Below, in pieces: positions 9,181 through 17,332 of a DNA stretch of 33,282 nt. Source of the stretch: an uncultured Gammaproteobacteria bacterium (lineage in GTDB: Bacteria; Patescibacteriota; Microgenomatia; UBA12405). Location of the stretch: positions 49,698-82,979 of the forward strand of contig CAYXLS010000001.1 in NCBI GenBank assembly GCA_964464785.1, in the 5' to 3' direction. The position numbers were made by a program, and so were the translations under genes. Position 1 is the stretch's first letter. Each line of letters begins with the position of its first letter. The notes under the pieces were generated by a model. It searched no databases. It saw nothing but the letters and a program-made list of their open reading frames with translations, and was not told the origin of the DNA.

Positions 9181-11055
9181 ATGCCAATTTTGAATGATAT
9201 TAGAAATGTTGCGGTTATTGCCCATGTGGACCATGGCAAGACTACTTTGGTTGATGCACTTCTCAAACAAACTCATACTTTTAGGGAAAATCAGGATGAA
9301 ATGATGATGGATAGAATTATGGATAGTAATGATCTGGAAAGAGAAAAAGGAATCACAATTTTGTCAAAAAATACATCTGTTTTTTACTCTCCTTTAAATC
9401 AAGACTTGAAAAATCAAAATAAGGCTATAAAAATAAATATAATTGATACTCCAGGACACGCAGATTTTGGCGGAGAGGTAGAAAGAGTTTTAAATATGGT
9501 TGATGGGGTATTACTAATTGTTGATGCAGCAGAGGGGCCCTTATCTCAAACAAAGTTCGTTTTGAAAAAAGCATTAGAGTCTAAATTAAAAGTAATATTG
9601 ATTATTAATAAAATAGATAGAAAAGACCAAAGAATTAAAGAAGTACTGACAGATACTGAAAATTTATTTCTGTCTTTAGTTGACGATTCAGATTTATTAG
9701 ATTTTCCAGTAATATATTGTGTTGGTAAAGATGGTAAGGCATATAAAAAAATACCCGAATGTTACGAAGATAAATCCGATATAAGTCCAATATTTGAACA
9801 AATTTTAGAGACGATACCAAATGCTGTTAAAAATATTGATCAACCTTTTCAGATGTTGGTATCATCTTTTGAAAAAAATGAATATTTAGGAAGGTTGGCG
9901 TTGGGAAGAATAAACCAAGGAATAATTAAAAAAGGAATGATGGTATCTCTTGTTAATAGTAATCAAAAAACAAAAAGTAATTATAAGGTAGAAAGAATGT
10001 ATGTTAACGAAGGGATAAAAAAAGTTGAAGTAGATGAGGCAGGTTGTGGAGAAATTGTATATATTGCTGGTATTCCAGAAATCGAAATAGGACAAACTTT
10101 GACTAGTATAAATTTTCAAGTAGCTTTACCATCAATTGAAATTTCTCCACCAACTATTAAAGCAAGTTTTGGACCAAATACTAGTGTTTTTGCCAAAGAG
10201 GAAGCCAAATTTTTAACAAGCCGAGAAATAAAAGAGAGATTGAAAGAAGAAGTTGAAACCAATCTTGGTTTAAAATTAGAAGACGATCCAGTTGATAGTA
10301 TTCGAATGATTGTATCTGGAAGAGGAGAACTTCATTTGGCAATACTAATTGAAAAATTACGTCGAGAAAATTATGCCTTAGAAATTGGTAAACCTGAAGT
10401 TATTTATAAAGAAATTGAGGGAAAAATTCTTGAACCATTTAACGAAATGACGATTTTAACACCAGAAGATTTTGTGGGGACGATAACTGCAGAAATGGGA
10501 AAGAGAAAGGCAGAGATGCTCGATATGCATACTGATGAAAAAATTGGGATAAAAATGATTTATAAAATTAGTGAGCGAAATGCTTTAGGGTTAAGAAGTA
10601 TTTTGATGACTGAAACAAAAGGATTAATTTCAATATCTTCTTTTTTTATAGGATATGAACAAAAAAAAGAAGATAATAATAAAGATAGAAACGGAGCATT
10701 GATTGCTTCAGAGTCAGGTAAAGCCCTATCTTATGGTTTGGATCTAGCTCAAAAAAGAGGGATAACATTTGTGGAGCCAACCGAAATGGTTTACGAAGGT
10801 CAAGTAGTCGGGATTAGGCCAGTATCGGGTGACTTGGAAATTAATGTATGTAAAGGAAAGCAACTTACAAATATGAGGGCGGCCGGGAACGATGATTCGA
10901 TTATTTTGGCACCAGCTGTAAAATATTCATTGGAAGAGTGCCTAGATTTTATAAATAATGATGAATTGATTGATGTGACCCCAAAGCAAATAAGAATTAG
11001 AAAAAAAATATTAACAAAAGTTGATAGAGTTAGAGCCGAGAGACAGAATCGCTAA
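9181..11055 (+). CDS. typA: Translational GTPase TypA/BipA
   Basis: G1 motif [10 protein letters not shown]3 motif [12 protein letters not shown] motif. The length and C-terminal region are typical of BipA. Confidence 0.93.
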   Translation: MPILNDIRNVAVIAHVDHGKTTLVDALLKQTHTFRENQDEMMMDRIMDSNDLEREKGITILSKNTSVFYSPLNQDLKNQNKAIKINIIDTPGHADFGGEVERVLNMVDGVLLIVDAAEGPLSQTKFVLKKALESKLKVILIINKIDRKDQRIKEVLTDTENLFLSLVDDSDLLDFPVIYCVGKDGKAYKKIPECYEDKSDISPIFEQILETIPNAVKNIDQPFQMLVSSFEKNEYLGRLALGRINQGIIKKGMMVSLVNSNQKTKSNYKVERMYVNEGIKKVEVDEAGCGEIVYIAGIPEIEIGQTLTSINFQVALPSIEISPPTIKASFGPNTSVFAKEEAKFLTSREIKERLKEEVETNLGLKLEDDPVDSIRMIVSGRGELHLAILIEKLRRENYALEIGKPEVIYKEIEGKILEPFNEMTILTPEDFVGTITAEMGKRKAEMLDMHTDEKIGIKMIYKISERNALGLRSILMTETKGLISISSFFIGYEQKKEDNNKDRNGALIASESGKALSYGLDLAQKRGITFVEPTEMVYEGQVVGIRPVSGDLEINVCKGKQLTNMRAAGNDDSIILAPAVKYSLEECLDFINNDELIDVTPKQIRIRKKILTKVDRVRAERQNR

Positions 11056-11437
11056 TTTTTTGTGCAATTAAGGTCATTTCAGCTGAATTTATTTTTTTGA
11101 TGTTGTTTGGGTGAATACCACCAACATGATCGTCGTTTTCATATTTCGGAATAAGATGGATATGAGCGTGAGTTACTCCAAGTCCATATACGATTTTGGA
11201 AACTACAAGACAATTAGTTGCGGCTTGAATGGCTTGACTTAATTTTCTGGCGGTTTGCCAATATGTGCCATAAGGTTCAACTTCGTCAACCCATTGATAA
11301 TGATTTTTGGGGATCAATAATGTGTGCCCGAGATTTAAGGGATTTATGTCTAAAAAAGCTAGGAACAAATCATCTTCGTAGACTTTAAAATAAGGAATTT
11401 CGCCTTTTACAATTTTGCAAAAGATGCAATTATCCAT
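11030..11437 (-). CDS. HIT family nucleotide hydrolase/transferase
   Basis: Histidine triad HAHIHLIP. N-terminal CIFCKI. Its 3' end overlaps the typA 3' end by 26 nt, convergently. Confidence 0.9.
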   Translation of the reverse strand: MDNCIFCKIVKGEIPYFKVYEDDLFLAFLDINPLNLGHTLLIPKNHYQWVDEVEPYGTYWQTARKLSQAIQAATNCLVVSKIVYGLGVTHAHIHLIPKYENDDHVGGIHPNNIKKINSAEMTLIAQKISDSVSRL

Positions 11438-11484
11438 ATTTGTAGTATAAAGTATTAAGTGGAAAGTATAAAGTGGAAAAGAGG

Positions 11485-12504
11485 TTATTTGTCAATTTTG
11501 GGATAATTTTTTTTAATTATGTTTAACATTGTTTTTTTGGCTTCGTCTAAAGAAAGGTTTAGGGTGGCACCAGCGGCAGCTCTGTGGCCTCCACCAGCTT
11601 TGGTGGCAATAGCGATTTTTGATAAATCATAAATCTTACTATTACGAGTACGAAGACTAACTTTGACCACTTCAGGTTGAACTTCAATCAAGGTCAGAGT
11701 AATATTCCAACCAACTACAGATTTTAACATATTAGATATGTCTGAATAATTATTTAGAGTTTGAGGGCTAAATTTCTCTGATATGATTTGATCATAAGAC
11801 ATTGATGCAACAGCTACATGGTCAGAATAATGAGTTTCGATTGTTTTTAATAAAGATGAAATAAATTTGAGCCTATCAGGTTCGTCGTTATTTTCAACAT
11901 CAAAAACTAGCTCTAGGAATTTAGGGTAAATTTTGGCTAAAACTGAAGCGATAGTTAGTGTTTTATAGGTGGTGTTAATGTATTTGTAACCACCACTATC
12001 AGTATATAAACCTATATATAAACAAGCAGCAATTTTGGGAGTAATTTTTATTTTTTTTAGTTGAAATAAATCGTATAAAATTTGACAGGTGGCAGGATAT
12101 TTGGGCATTACTAAATTAATTTTGCCAAATTTTTCACAACTTAAATGATGATCTATGACAATAGTATTTAATTTTTTGGGTAACTTGATGTCTCCAAGTC
12201 GAGAAATTTGTTTTGGTGAAGATGAATCATTAATTATAAACAAATCAAATTGATCAAGGTCGATTTGAAATATATTTTTAGGAATTATTTTGTCAGCTCC
12301 AGGAATAGTCATTAAATTTTTTGGGATTTGATTGTCACCCTGAATAATGACGACATCCTTACCTATATTTTTGAGAACGTGATAAAAAGCTAAAGAAGAA
12401 CCAACACAATCACCATCTGGACCTGGATGGCAATGTAGAAGAATTTTTTTTGACCGGTCGATTTGTTTCCAAATTTTTCTACCAGTAAATCGCAAGTTAA
12501 ACAT
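11485..12504 (-). CDS. DHH/DHHA1 phosphoesterase (NrnA-like oligoribonuclease/pAp phosphatase)
   Basis: Motifs present: HCHPGPDGDCVGS, IIND, DHH and GGGHRAAAG. Confidence 0.85.
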   Translation of the reverse strand: MFNLRFTGRKIWKQIDRSKKILLHCHPGPDGDCVGSSLAFYHVLKNIGKDVVIIQGDNQIPKNLMTIPGADKIIPKNIFQIDLDQFDLFIINDSSSPKQISRLGDIKLPKKLNTIVIDHHLSCEKFGKINLVMPKYPATCQILYDLFQLKKIKITPKIAACLYIGLYTDSGGYKYINTTYKTLTIASVLAKIYPKFLELVFDVENNDEPDRLKFISSLLKTIETHYSDHVAVASMSYDQIISEKFSPQTLNNYSDISNMLKSVVGWNITLTLIEVQPEVVKVSLRTRNSKIYDLSKIAIATKAGGGHRAAAGATLNLSLDEAKKTMLNIIKKNYPKIDK

Positions 12505-12542
12505 GAGTATATTTTAACAGCTTGCTGTAAAATAGTTACTAT

Positions 12543-13490
12543 ATGATAGAAAACAAAAATAGAAAACTAGTAAATACAAAAGAACTTTTTTTAAAAGCAC
12601 ATGATAACCAATATGCGATTGGCGCTTTCAATATAAATAATATGGAGTTGGTTCAATCAGTGGTAGAAGCAGCCGAAGAGTTAAAATCACCACTAATCTT
12701 ACAAGTGTCACCAAGTGCGAAAAAATATTTTAAAAATTATTATTTAATAAAAATTATAGAAGCAACCTTGCAATTTTCAAATATTCCTTTAGTTTTACAT
12801 TTAGACCATGGCGATAGTTTTGCATTGTGTAAAGAATGTATTGACGAAGGTTATTCATCGGTTATGATTGACGGTTCTAGTTTTGATTTTGATAAAAATA
12901 TAGAAATTACGAAACAAGTAGTTGATTATGCTCATAATTTTGGAGTGACAGTGGAGGCAGAATTAGGTAAATTGTCAGGGATAGAAGATGAAATTTCAGT
13001 TGATGTCGATGAGGTCATATATACTGACCCACAAAAAGCAGTTGAATTTATTCAAAGAACTAATTGTGATTCGTTGGCTATAGCAATTGGAACAAGTCAC
13101 GGTGCTTATAAATTTAAACAAGAACCAAAATTAGATTTTGAAAGATTAAAAAAAATTAAAGAAATGGTTGGAATAAATTATCCACTAGTATTACACGGTG
13201 CTTCTAGTGTTTTGGAAAAATATGTAAAAATGAATAATGATTTTGGAGGAAAAATTGAAAATGCTATGGGAGTACCAGAAGAAATGCTAATTAAAGCTAT
13301 AAAATTAGGAGTAACAAAAATTAATGTTGACACTGATTTAAGATTGGCGTTTAGTGGAGCAATTCGAAAATATTTATCTCAAAATCCAACAGAATTTGAT
13401 CCTAGAAAATATTTAGGATCTGCAAGAGAAATAGTCAAAGAACTAGTTAAAAATAAGATAAAATTGTTTGGAAGTGAAAATGAAGGTTAA
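12543..13490 (+). CDS. fba: Class II fructose-bisphosphate aldolase
   Basis: Motifs present: AFNINNMEL, LHLDHG, GTSHGAYKF and LVLHGASSV. Confidence 0.9.
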   Translation: MIENKNRKLVNTKELFLKAHDNQYAIGAFNINNMELVQSVVEAAEELKSPLILQVSPSAKKYFKNYYLIKIIEATLQFSNIPLVLHLDHGDSFALCKECIDEGYSSVMIDGSSFDFDKNIEITKQVVDYAHNFGVTVEAELGKLSGIEDEISVDVDEVIYTDPQKAVEFIQRTNCDSLAIAIGTSHGAYKFKQEPKLDFERLKKIKEMVGINYPLVLHGASSVLEKYVKMNNDFGGKIENAMGVPEEMLIKAIKLGVTKINVDTDLRLAFSGAIRKYLSQNPTEFDPRKYLGSAREIVKELVKNKIKLFGSENEG

Positions 13491-13711
13491 TTTAATTAGC
13501 CAAATTTAGGATAACAGCATTTTTTGAAGTGTCATAAGAAATATATGCCGTATAGATATGACATCTCAAATTTGTATATTGATTAATACTATAACACTTT
13601 TTATATAGACCGGGTGCCCTTAATCACGGAAAAGGTACCTGTGCTCTGTAAGACAATAGTTTATATTATGATGATGACTATTTTTAGACCGAATAATATA
13701 AAAAAGTAAAC

Positions 13712-14542
13712 TTATTCTGACGTAGTCTCTAATTTTGCTACCAATGTTTCAAATTGATTTAATAGGGGGTGTTCCCAATGTTTCTTAGCCATTGTTAAAA
13801 CTGACTTTTCAAACCATAGCTTCTTTTCTTTCCCTCTGTTAAATTTCCCCCAAAGTGAAGGTCCTTCTTTCTCGTATTGATCAAAGAATGACTGAAGATT
13901 GCATATTTTGTCCATAATACTGACGGAAATGGCATTTTCCCCGCCCTTTTCTACTGAAGCAATATATTTTTCCTTTTTCTTTTCCCAGTCTTTTTTATCA
14001 GATAAAGCTTCGTCATTAGAGACTGCCTTAACTATCGACAAAACACCACTGCCACATTTTTCTAAAATTTCTTTTTCTGTACATTTTGTATCTTCCAAAA
14101 GATCATGACAAAAACCGGCAACCACTACTTCAAGTGGAAATTTTGCCTTCCATAACTTATACCCAACCTCTAACGGGTGTTCTAAATAAGGGTAACCGTC
14201 ACCTTTTCGAGTAGCTCCACCATGATAATCTCGGATAAGTAAAACTGCTCCCATAACACCTGGCAAAAGTATTAAGCTTGATCTGAAGATTGCTCCGTGA
14301 GGGTGAACAATCTCAAATTCGGTTGCCCTATCTTCGGCTTTTAGTTTCCAATCTAAATAGGACTTCATTGTGGGGTTTTCTTTAGAAAATCCAATAATAG
14401 CTTGATCAAGTAGTTGCTCAATATTGTTTGAACGAATACAGTCTAAATACCTCTCGTCGTCGAATATGTCAGCATAGACGTAGGAGTCTGTTACATCAAT
14501 CTTAAGTAACGCGTAACGATATTTATCGAATAAGTTGTTCAT
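13712..14542 (-). CDS. RelA/SpoT-type HD-domain protein (small alarmone hydrolase-like) with an ~95-aa N-terminal extension
   Basis: YHGGATRKGDGYPYLEHPLEVGYKL ... FCHDLLEDT matches the (p)ppGpp hydrolase HD domain signature. There is no synthetase domain. Confidence 0.7.
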   Translation of the reverse strand: MNNLFDKYRYALLKIDVTDSYVYADIFDDERYLDCIRSNNIEQLLDQAIIGFSKENPTMKSYLDWKLKAEDRATEFEIVHPHGAIFRSSLILLPGVMGAVLLIRDYHGGATRKGDGYPYLEHPLEVGYKLWKAKFPLEVVVAGFCHDLLEDTKCTEKEILEKCGSGVLSIVKAVSNDEALSDKKDWEKKKEKYIASVEKGGENAISVSIMDKICNLQSFFDQYEKEGPSLWGKFNRGKEKKLWFEKSVLTMAKKHWEHPLLNQFETLVAKLETTSE

Positions 14543-14571
14543 ATATGTTATTTTATCGCAAGATCATTGTA

Positions 14572-14590
14572 AAGAACTCTAGAGTTTCTT
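14572..14590. promoter_or_regulatory. Near-perfect palindrome upstream of the HD gene (possible operator)
   Basis: AAGAACTCT|AGAGTTTCTT, centred on TCTAGA, with 9 of 10 arm positions matching. It lies 30-48 nt upstream of the ATG at 14542. Confidence 0.25.
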
Positions 14591-14650
14591 AATTACCCTT
14601 TAGTTTATCCATCATGAACTTAATTAGTACTATTTAGAGTAAGGGTCTTC

Positions 14651-14784
14651 TGGAATGTTGCTCAGATTGAAAGGTGGATTAAAGGTTATATAGTGCTCGC
14701 TGAATGGAACAGATTCAGAACTATTTTCACTGTTTGATGCTCCCCGTGCTGGATTCAATCAGGACTGCAATGTGTGGATTATAA
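14651..14784 (+). repeat. ORF-tail relic copy A (long form, interrupted by a 44-nt insertion)
   Basis: 14651-14698 reads WNVAQIERWIKGYIVL. A 44-nt insert at 14699-14742 is bounded by GCTC direct repeats and carries the hairpin CTGAAT-GGAACAG-ATTCAG. 14740-14784 reads LPVLDSIRTAMCGL followed by a stop. Confidence 0.8.
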
Positions 14785-14819
14785 ACTAAAACAACCCACC
14801 GAAACCGATGGGTTGTTTG
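14781..14819 (-). terminator. Intrinsic terminator of the secreted-protein gene
   Basis: Minus strand reads AAACAACCCA, loop TCGGTTTCGG, TGGGTTGTTT (10-bp stem, 14789-14818), followed by TAGTTTAT. Confidence 0.7.
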
Positions 14820-14837
14820 AATAAATTAATTTGTTAA

Positions 14838-15998
14838 TTAATTGTCTTTTTTATTCCCTTTAGCATTTGGATTGCTTTGAATCCAACTGACACAATCTCC
14901 TTGATTTTTAAAGATTGGTTTATAAAATGTTTTCCAACCATTATTTTTACAATCATCTTTTAATGTTGGTGTATTTTTTACCGTGACTGTGTGCCAATCA
15001 ACTGAACCAGTATCTTTATTATCGGCAGCATCTCTGGCTTCCAGTTTTACAGTATAGTTACCTTCGGGGATAAATGTTGTATCCCAAGATAAAAGTAATT
15101 TATCAGTAAATGATGTGGTGTCATTAACTACTCCTGGACCAGCAACTGTTACGCCACTAGAGTTTTCAATAACAAACCAATAGTGATGAGGATTTATATC
15201 TGTTACTGAACCTTTTATTTCTACTATTCCAGAAACAGTAAAACCATCTATTGGAGTAGTAATTTCAACGTCAGGTGCAGTCCAATCGGCTGTAATACTA
15301 CACTCATTTGACCATTCTGAATAGTTTCCAAAATTATCTTTAGCTCTTACCTTAACAATATGAAGACCTTCATTTAAAGAACCACGATATTGTGAGGTTG
15401 TAAAAAATGGTTTCCAATCACCTCTTGTACCATCGGTTTTAGGATAATTAATCCAATATTCATAACCAGTAATTGTTCCACCAACAACTGTTGAATCTGA
15501 CCAATCAACTGTGACCATTTTGGCGTTAGTGATGGCTCCACAGTTTAGTTCAGGACTATGAAATCCAGTTACAGTTGGTGTTGTTGGGAGTGTTTTTACA
15601 TCAAATCTTGTCCAGTCAAAACGCTCATCTCCTTCTGCGCCAAAAACCATTCTTACTTCTATATACTCACTTGCAAAAATATCTTTTGTTTTTGTAGAGT
15701 TATTAACACAGACAAAAGGATATAAACCATCTGTTACTAAAGTATTATAATTTGCCCCACTTGCCTGACTAGTATCACCATCTGTTCTGTATTCAAAACA
15801 ACTGTTAAATCCTCTAGTGCTTACAAATTCTAATTTTGCTGAGCCAACATTTTTTTCAAGTTGATTAACATGTGCCCAACCATTAATACGATTAATGTCG
15901 TTCGTACTTGGCGTAACAGCATTTACTGCTGCATAAACAGGAATAGCGACAAATGCCAATGCGGCAAGTGCCATAAATAATGATAATAATTTTTTCAT
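14838..15998 (-). CDS. Secreted protein with FN3/Ig-like beta-sandwich repeats and a Cys-containing C-terminal motif
   Basis: Signal peptide MKKLLSLFMALAALAFVAIPVYA. Ig/FN3-like segments are present (TITGYEYWINYPK..., VEITTPIDGFTVSGIVEIKGSVTD). The C-terminus is DCKNNGWKTF...FKNQGDCVSW. An AAGGA Shine-Dalgarno lies upstream. Confidence 0.7.
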   Translation of the reverse strand: MKKLLSLFMALAALAFVAIPVYAAVNAVTPSTNDINRINGWAHVNQLEKNVGSAKLEFVSTRGFNSCFEYRTDGDTSQASGANYNTLVTDGLYPFVCVNNSTKTKDIFASEYIEVRMVFGAEGDERFDWTRFDVKTLPTTPTVTGFHSPELNCGAITNAKMVTVDWSDSTVVGGTITGYEYWINYPKTDGTRGDWKPFFTTSQYRGSLNEGLHIVKVRAKDNFGNYSEWSNECSITADWTAPDVEITTPIDGFTVSGIVEIKGSVTDINPHHYWFVIENSSGVTVAGPGVVNDTTSFTDKLLLSWDTTFIPEGNYTVKLEARDAADNKDTGSVDWHTVTVKNTPTLKDDCKNNGWKTFYKPIFKNQGDCVSWIQSNPNAKGNKKDN

Positions 15999-16111
15999 TT
16001 CCTTTTTCCTTCAATAAATTTGTAACTGTTAAGTTGTAGGATTATTTGAAGTGAAAGTCAAGCTGCCTGAATAGTGATTTATTGCCTATATTATGGGTAT
16101 ATTTTATCTAG

Positions 16112-16156
16112 CTCCCCGCCTTGGACTCAATCAGGACTTCGGTGAATGGGATTTAG
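16112..16156 (+). repeat. ORF-tail relic copy B (short form)
   Basis: LPALDSIRTSVNGI followed by a TAG stop. An in-frame TAG at 16109-16111 precedes it directly. Confidence 0.8.
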
Positions 16157-16183
16157 TTTGTGGAGTAAATCCAAATTGGAAAT

Positions 16184-16369
16184 TCATTTTTTGATAAGAT
16201 TTAAGCACGCAATTCTCGCAGCATCGCTTCCCATTTTTAGACAATCCATTTTTTGTTCTTGAAAAGACTTTGGAACTAATTCTTTGTATATCTTAATTCC
16301 AAAGTAAAAAGAAACTAAAATACAAGTGATGGTAACAAAAATATTTTGAGCGTTAAATTGTCTCTTCAT
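16184..16369 (-). CDS. Small single-pass membrane protein, hypothetical
   Basis: 61 codons with an ATG start, one TM (IFVTITCILVSFYFGI) and two Cys in the tail. It is the only ORF in its module. Confidence 0.4.
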   Translation of the reverse strand: MKRQFNAQNIFVTITCILVSFYFGIKIYKELVPKSFQEQKMDCLKMGSDAARIACLNLIKK

Positions 16370-16443
16370 TTTTTATATAAATAATAGTTGGTTAAGGATA
16401 TCAAAAATTTATTGATTTATTTGTCCCCAAAACCTCATTTTTT

Positions 16444-16473
16444 TTGACATTTATATTTTATACACAATATTCT
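16444..16473 (+). promoter_or_regulatory. Possible plus-strand promoter upstream of relic copy C
   Basis: TTGACA at 16444-16449, an 18-nt spacer, then TATTCT at 16468-16473. A transcript from here would cover copy C and be antisense to the 3' end of the HNH gene. Confidence 0.25.
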
Positions 16474-16504
16474 GGTCCCCAGTAGTCACAATTATCCTTC
16501 CCGT

Positions 16505-16594
16505 TGGAATGTTACTTGGATAGAAAAGTGGGTTAAGAATTATTTAATACTCCCCATCCTGGACTCAATCAGGACTGCTGTGTGTAGATTATAA
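16505..16594 (+). repeat. ORF-tail relic copy C (long form, contiguous frame)
   Basis: WNVTWIEKWVKNYLILPILDSIRTAVCRL followed by a TAA stop. The frame is open from 16448 but contains no ATG. Its TAA (16592-16594) abuts the HNH stop (16589-16591), giving TTATAA. Confidence 0.8.
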
Positions 16595-17101
16595 ACTGTA
16601 TAGTTCTGAATTATTAGGGTTTTCTTTAATATTGATTAAAGATGAAAAATGAAGCGACTCGTGACATTTTCTGCATAAAGTTATCACATCTTTTTTAGTC
16701 TCATTTCCAATGTTCTCGTAATTCAAATGATGGAGATTGAGCATTTCAGTACCACCGCATTTTTCGCATTTGTTTTTCTTAAACTTATTCTTAGTTTGTT
16801 CCCAAATTTCACTATGAAGATACATCCCATATTCATTTTTATTAAGAGGTAGTTTGGTAATTTTAAATTCTTCCTTTATTTTCCATTTATAACACCCTGA
16901 GTTTGCAATTACCCCAATTTTTCCAGGTTTACCATAAAAAAAATATTGTCCAATAGCATACCCATATGGCCAATTTTTAATCTTTATACTTTTGATAAGT
17001 ACGTAATGCCCACTAGTTTCACTCCACGAATCTGATACTGCCTTAAATGGTAATTTTTCACCGTTTTCTCTCCATAGCTCAAAAAGGTTTTTTGAATCCA
17101 T
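16589..17101 (-). CDS. HNH endonuclease with an uncharacterised N-terminal domain
   Basis: The C-terminal CEKCGGTEMLNLHHLNYENIGNETKKDVITLCRKCHESLH is a CxxC...HH...N...CxxCH HNH motif. Confidence 0.75.
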   Translation of the reverse strand: MDSKNLFELWRENGEKLPFKAVSDSWSETSGHYVLIKSIKIKNWPYGYAIGQYFFYGKPGKIGVIANSGCYKWKIKEEFKITKLPLNKNEYGMYLHSEIWEQTKNKFKKNKCEKCGGTEMLNLHHLNYENIGNETKKDVITLCRKCHESLHFSSLINIKENPNNSELYSL

Positions 17102-17278
17102 AGTGTAATAAGATGCCCATACTTTAGATAATGCTCTATTATACCGCCAATTTAATTATTTACAAAATTTTGTATTTTCAGTTATTTTTTTACCACAAGA
17201 TGAACAATACGTTGTTAAGTTGATTATATTACATTTTGGAGTAAAAATAAGATAAATCTGTGCGCTTGAATAAAATAA

Positions 17279-17323
17279 TCCTCCACCTTGGACTCAATCA
17301 GGACTGCTGTGTGGGTTGTATGA
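17279..17323 (+). repeat. ORF-tail relic copy D (short form)
   Basis: SSTLDSIRTAVWVV followed by a TGA stop. An in-frame TAA at 17276-17278 precedes it. It ends 10 nt before the stop of the gene at 17333. Confidence 0.8.
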
Positions 17324-17332
17324 CAGAAGTTG

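Noticed and set aside
13528-13567. A hairpin, TGTCATA-N20-TATGACA, downstream of fba as a candidate terminator.
   Set aside because: The loop is 20 nt and no T-tract follows, so it is not a convincing intrinsic terminator.
14748-14768. A tRNA T-arm-like string (CTGGATTCAATCAGG) inside the repeat, which would suggest tRNA-derived att sites. On the minus strand, CTGATTGAG also looks hammerhead-like.
   Set aside because: No acceptor, D or anticodon arms can be drawn around it. The candidate stem is not maintained by covariation among the copies. The hammerhead core (CUGAUGA...GAAA) is absent.
14704-14784. A 26-codon ATG-initiated ORF (MEQIQNYFHCLMLPVLDSIRTAMCGL) in relic copy A.
   Set aside because: The ATG lies inside the 44-nt insertion that disrupts the ancestral frame, and it is absent from copies B-D. 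It is most likely fortuitous. Only expression data could rescue it.
16499-16594. Resemblance of RWNVTWIEKWVKNY to the R-x3-E-x6-K (YREK) region near the C-terminus of IS4/IS5 DDE transposases.
   Set aside because: Only the R, W and K spacing matches. The catalytic E position is T or A in the copies. The downstream RYE-type motif is missing and the tail is too short. I keep this only as an alternative origin to test by database search.
17156-17293. A minus-strand open frame ending ...TYCSSCGKKITENTKFCK*, which looks like the N-terminus of a zinc-ribbon protein.
   Set aside because: It has no ATG, GTG or TTG start; an ACG occupies the expected start position. A stop cuts the second CxxC. I regard it as a decayed gene relic, consistent with this region being a graveyard of old cassettes, and not as a feature.
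14651-17323. Integron attC sites, as an explanation for the repeat found after each minus-strand gene.
   Set aside because: There is no RYYYAAC/GTTRRRY inverted core pair and no extended imperfect palindrome spanning the unit. No tyrosine IntI-type integrase is in the window. The repeat shows codon-level conservation with a fixed stop position, which attC sites do not.
14651-17323. A CRISPR array.
   Set aside because: There are only four or five copies, at irregular spacing of roughly 440-1370 bp. The copies are about 80 percent identical rather than near-identical. The intervening DNA is full genes, and there are no cas genes.
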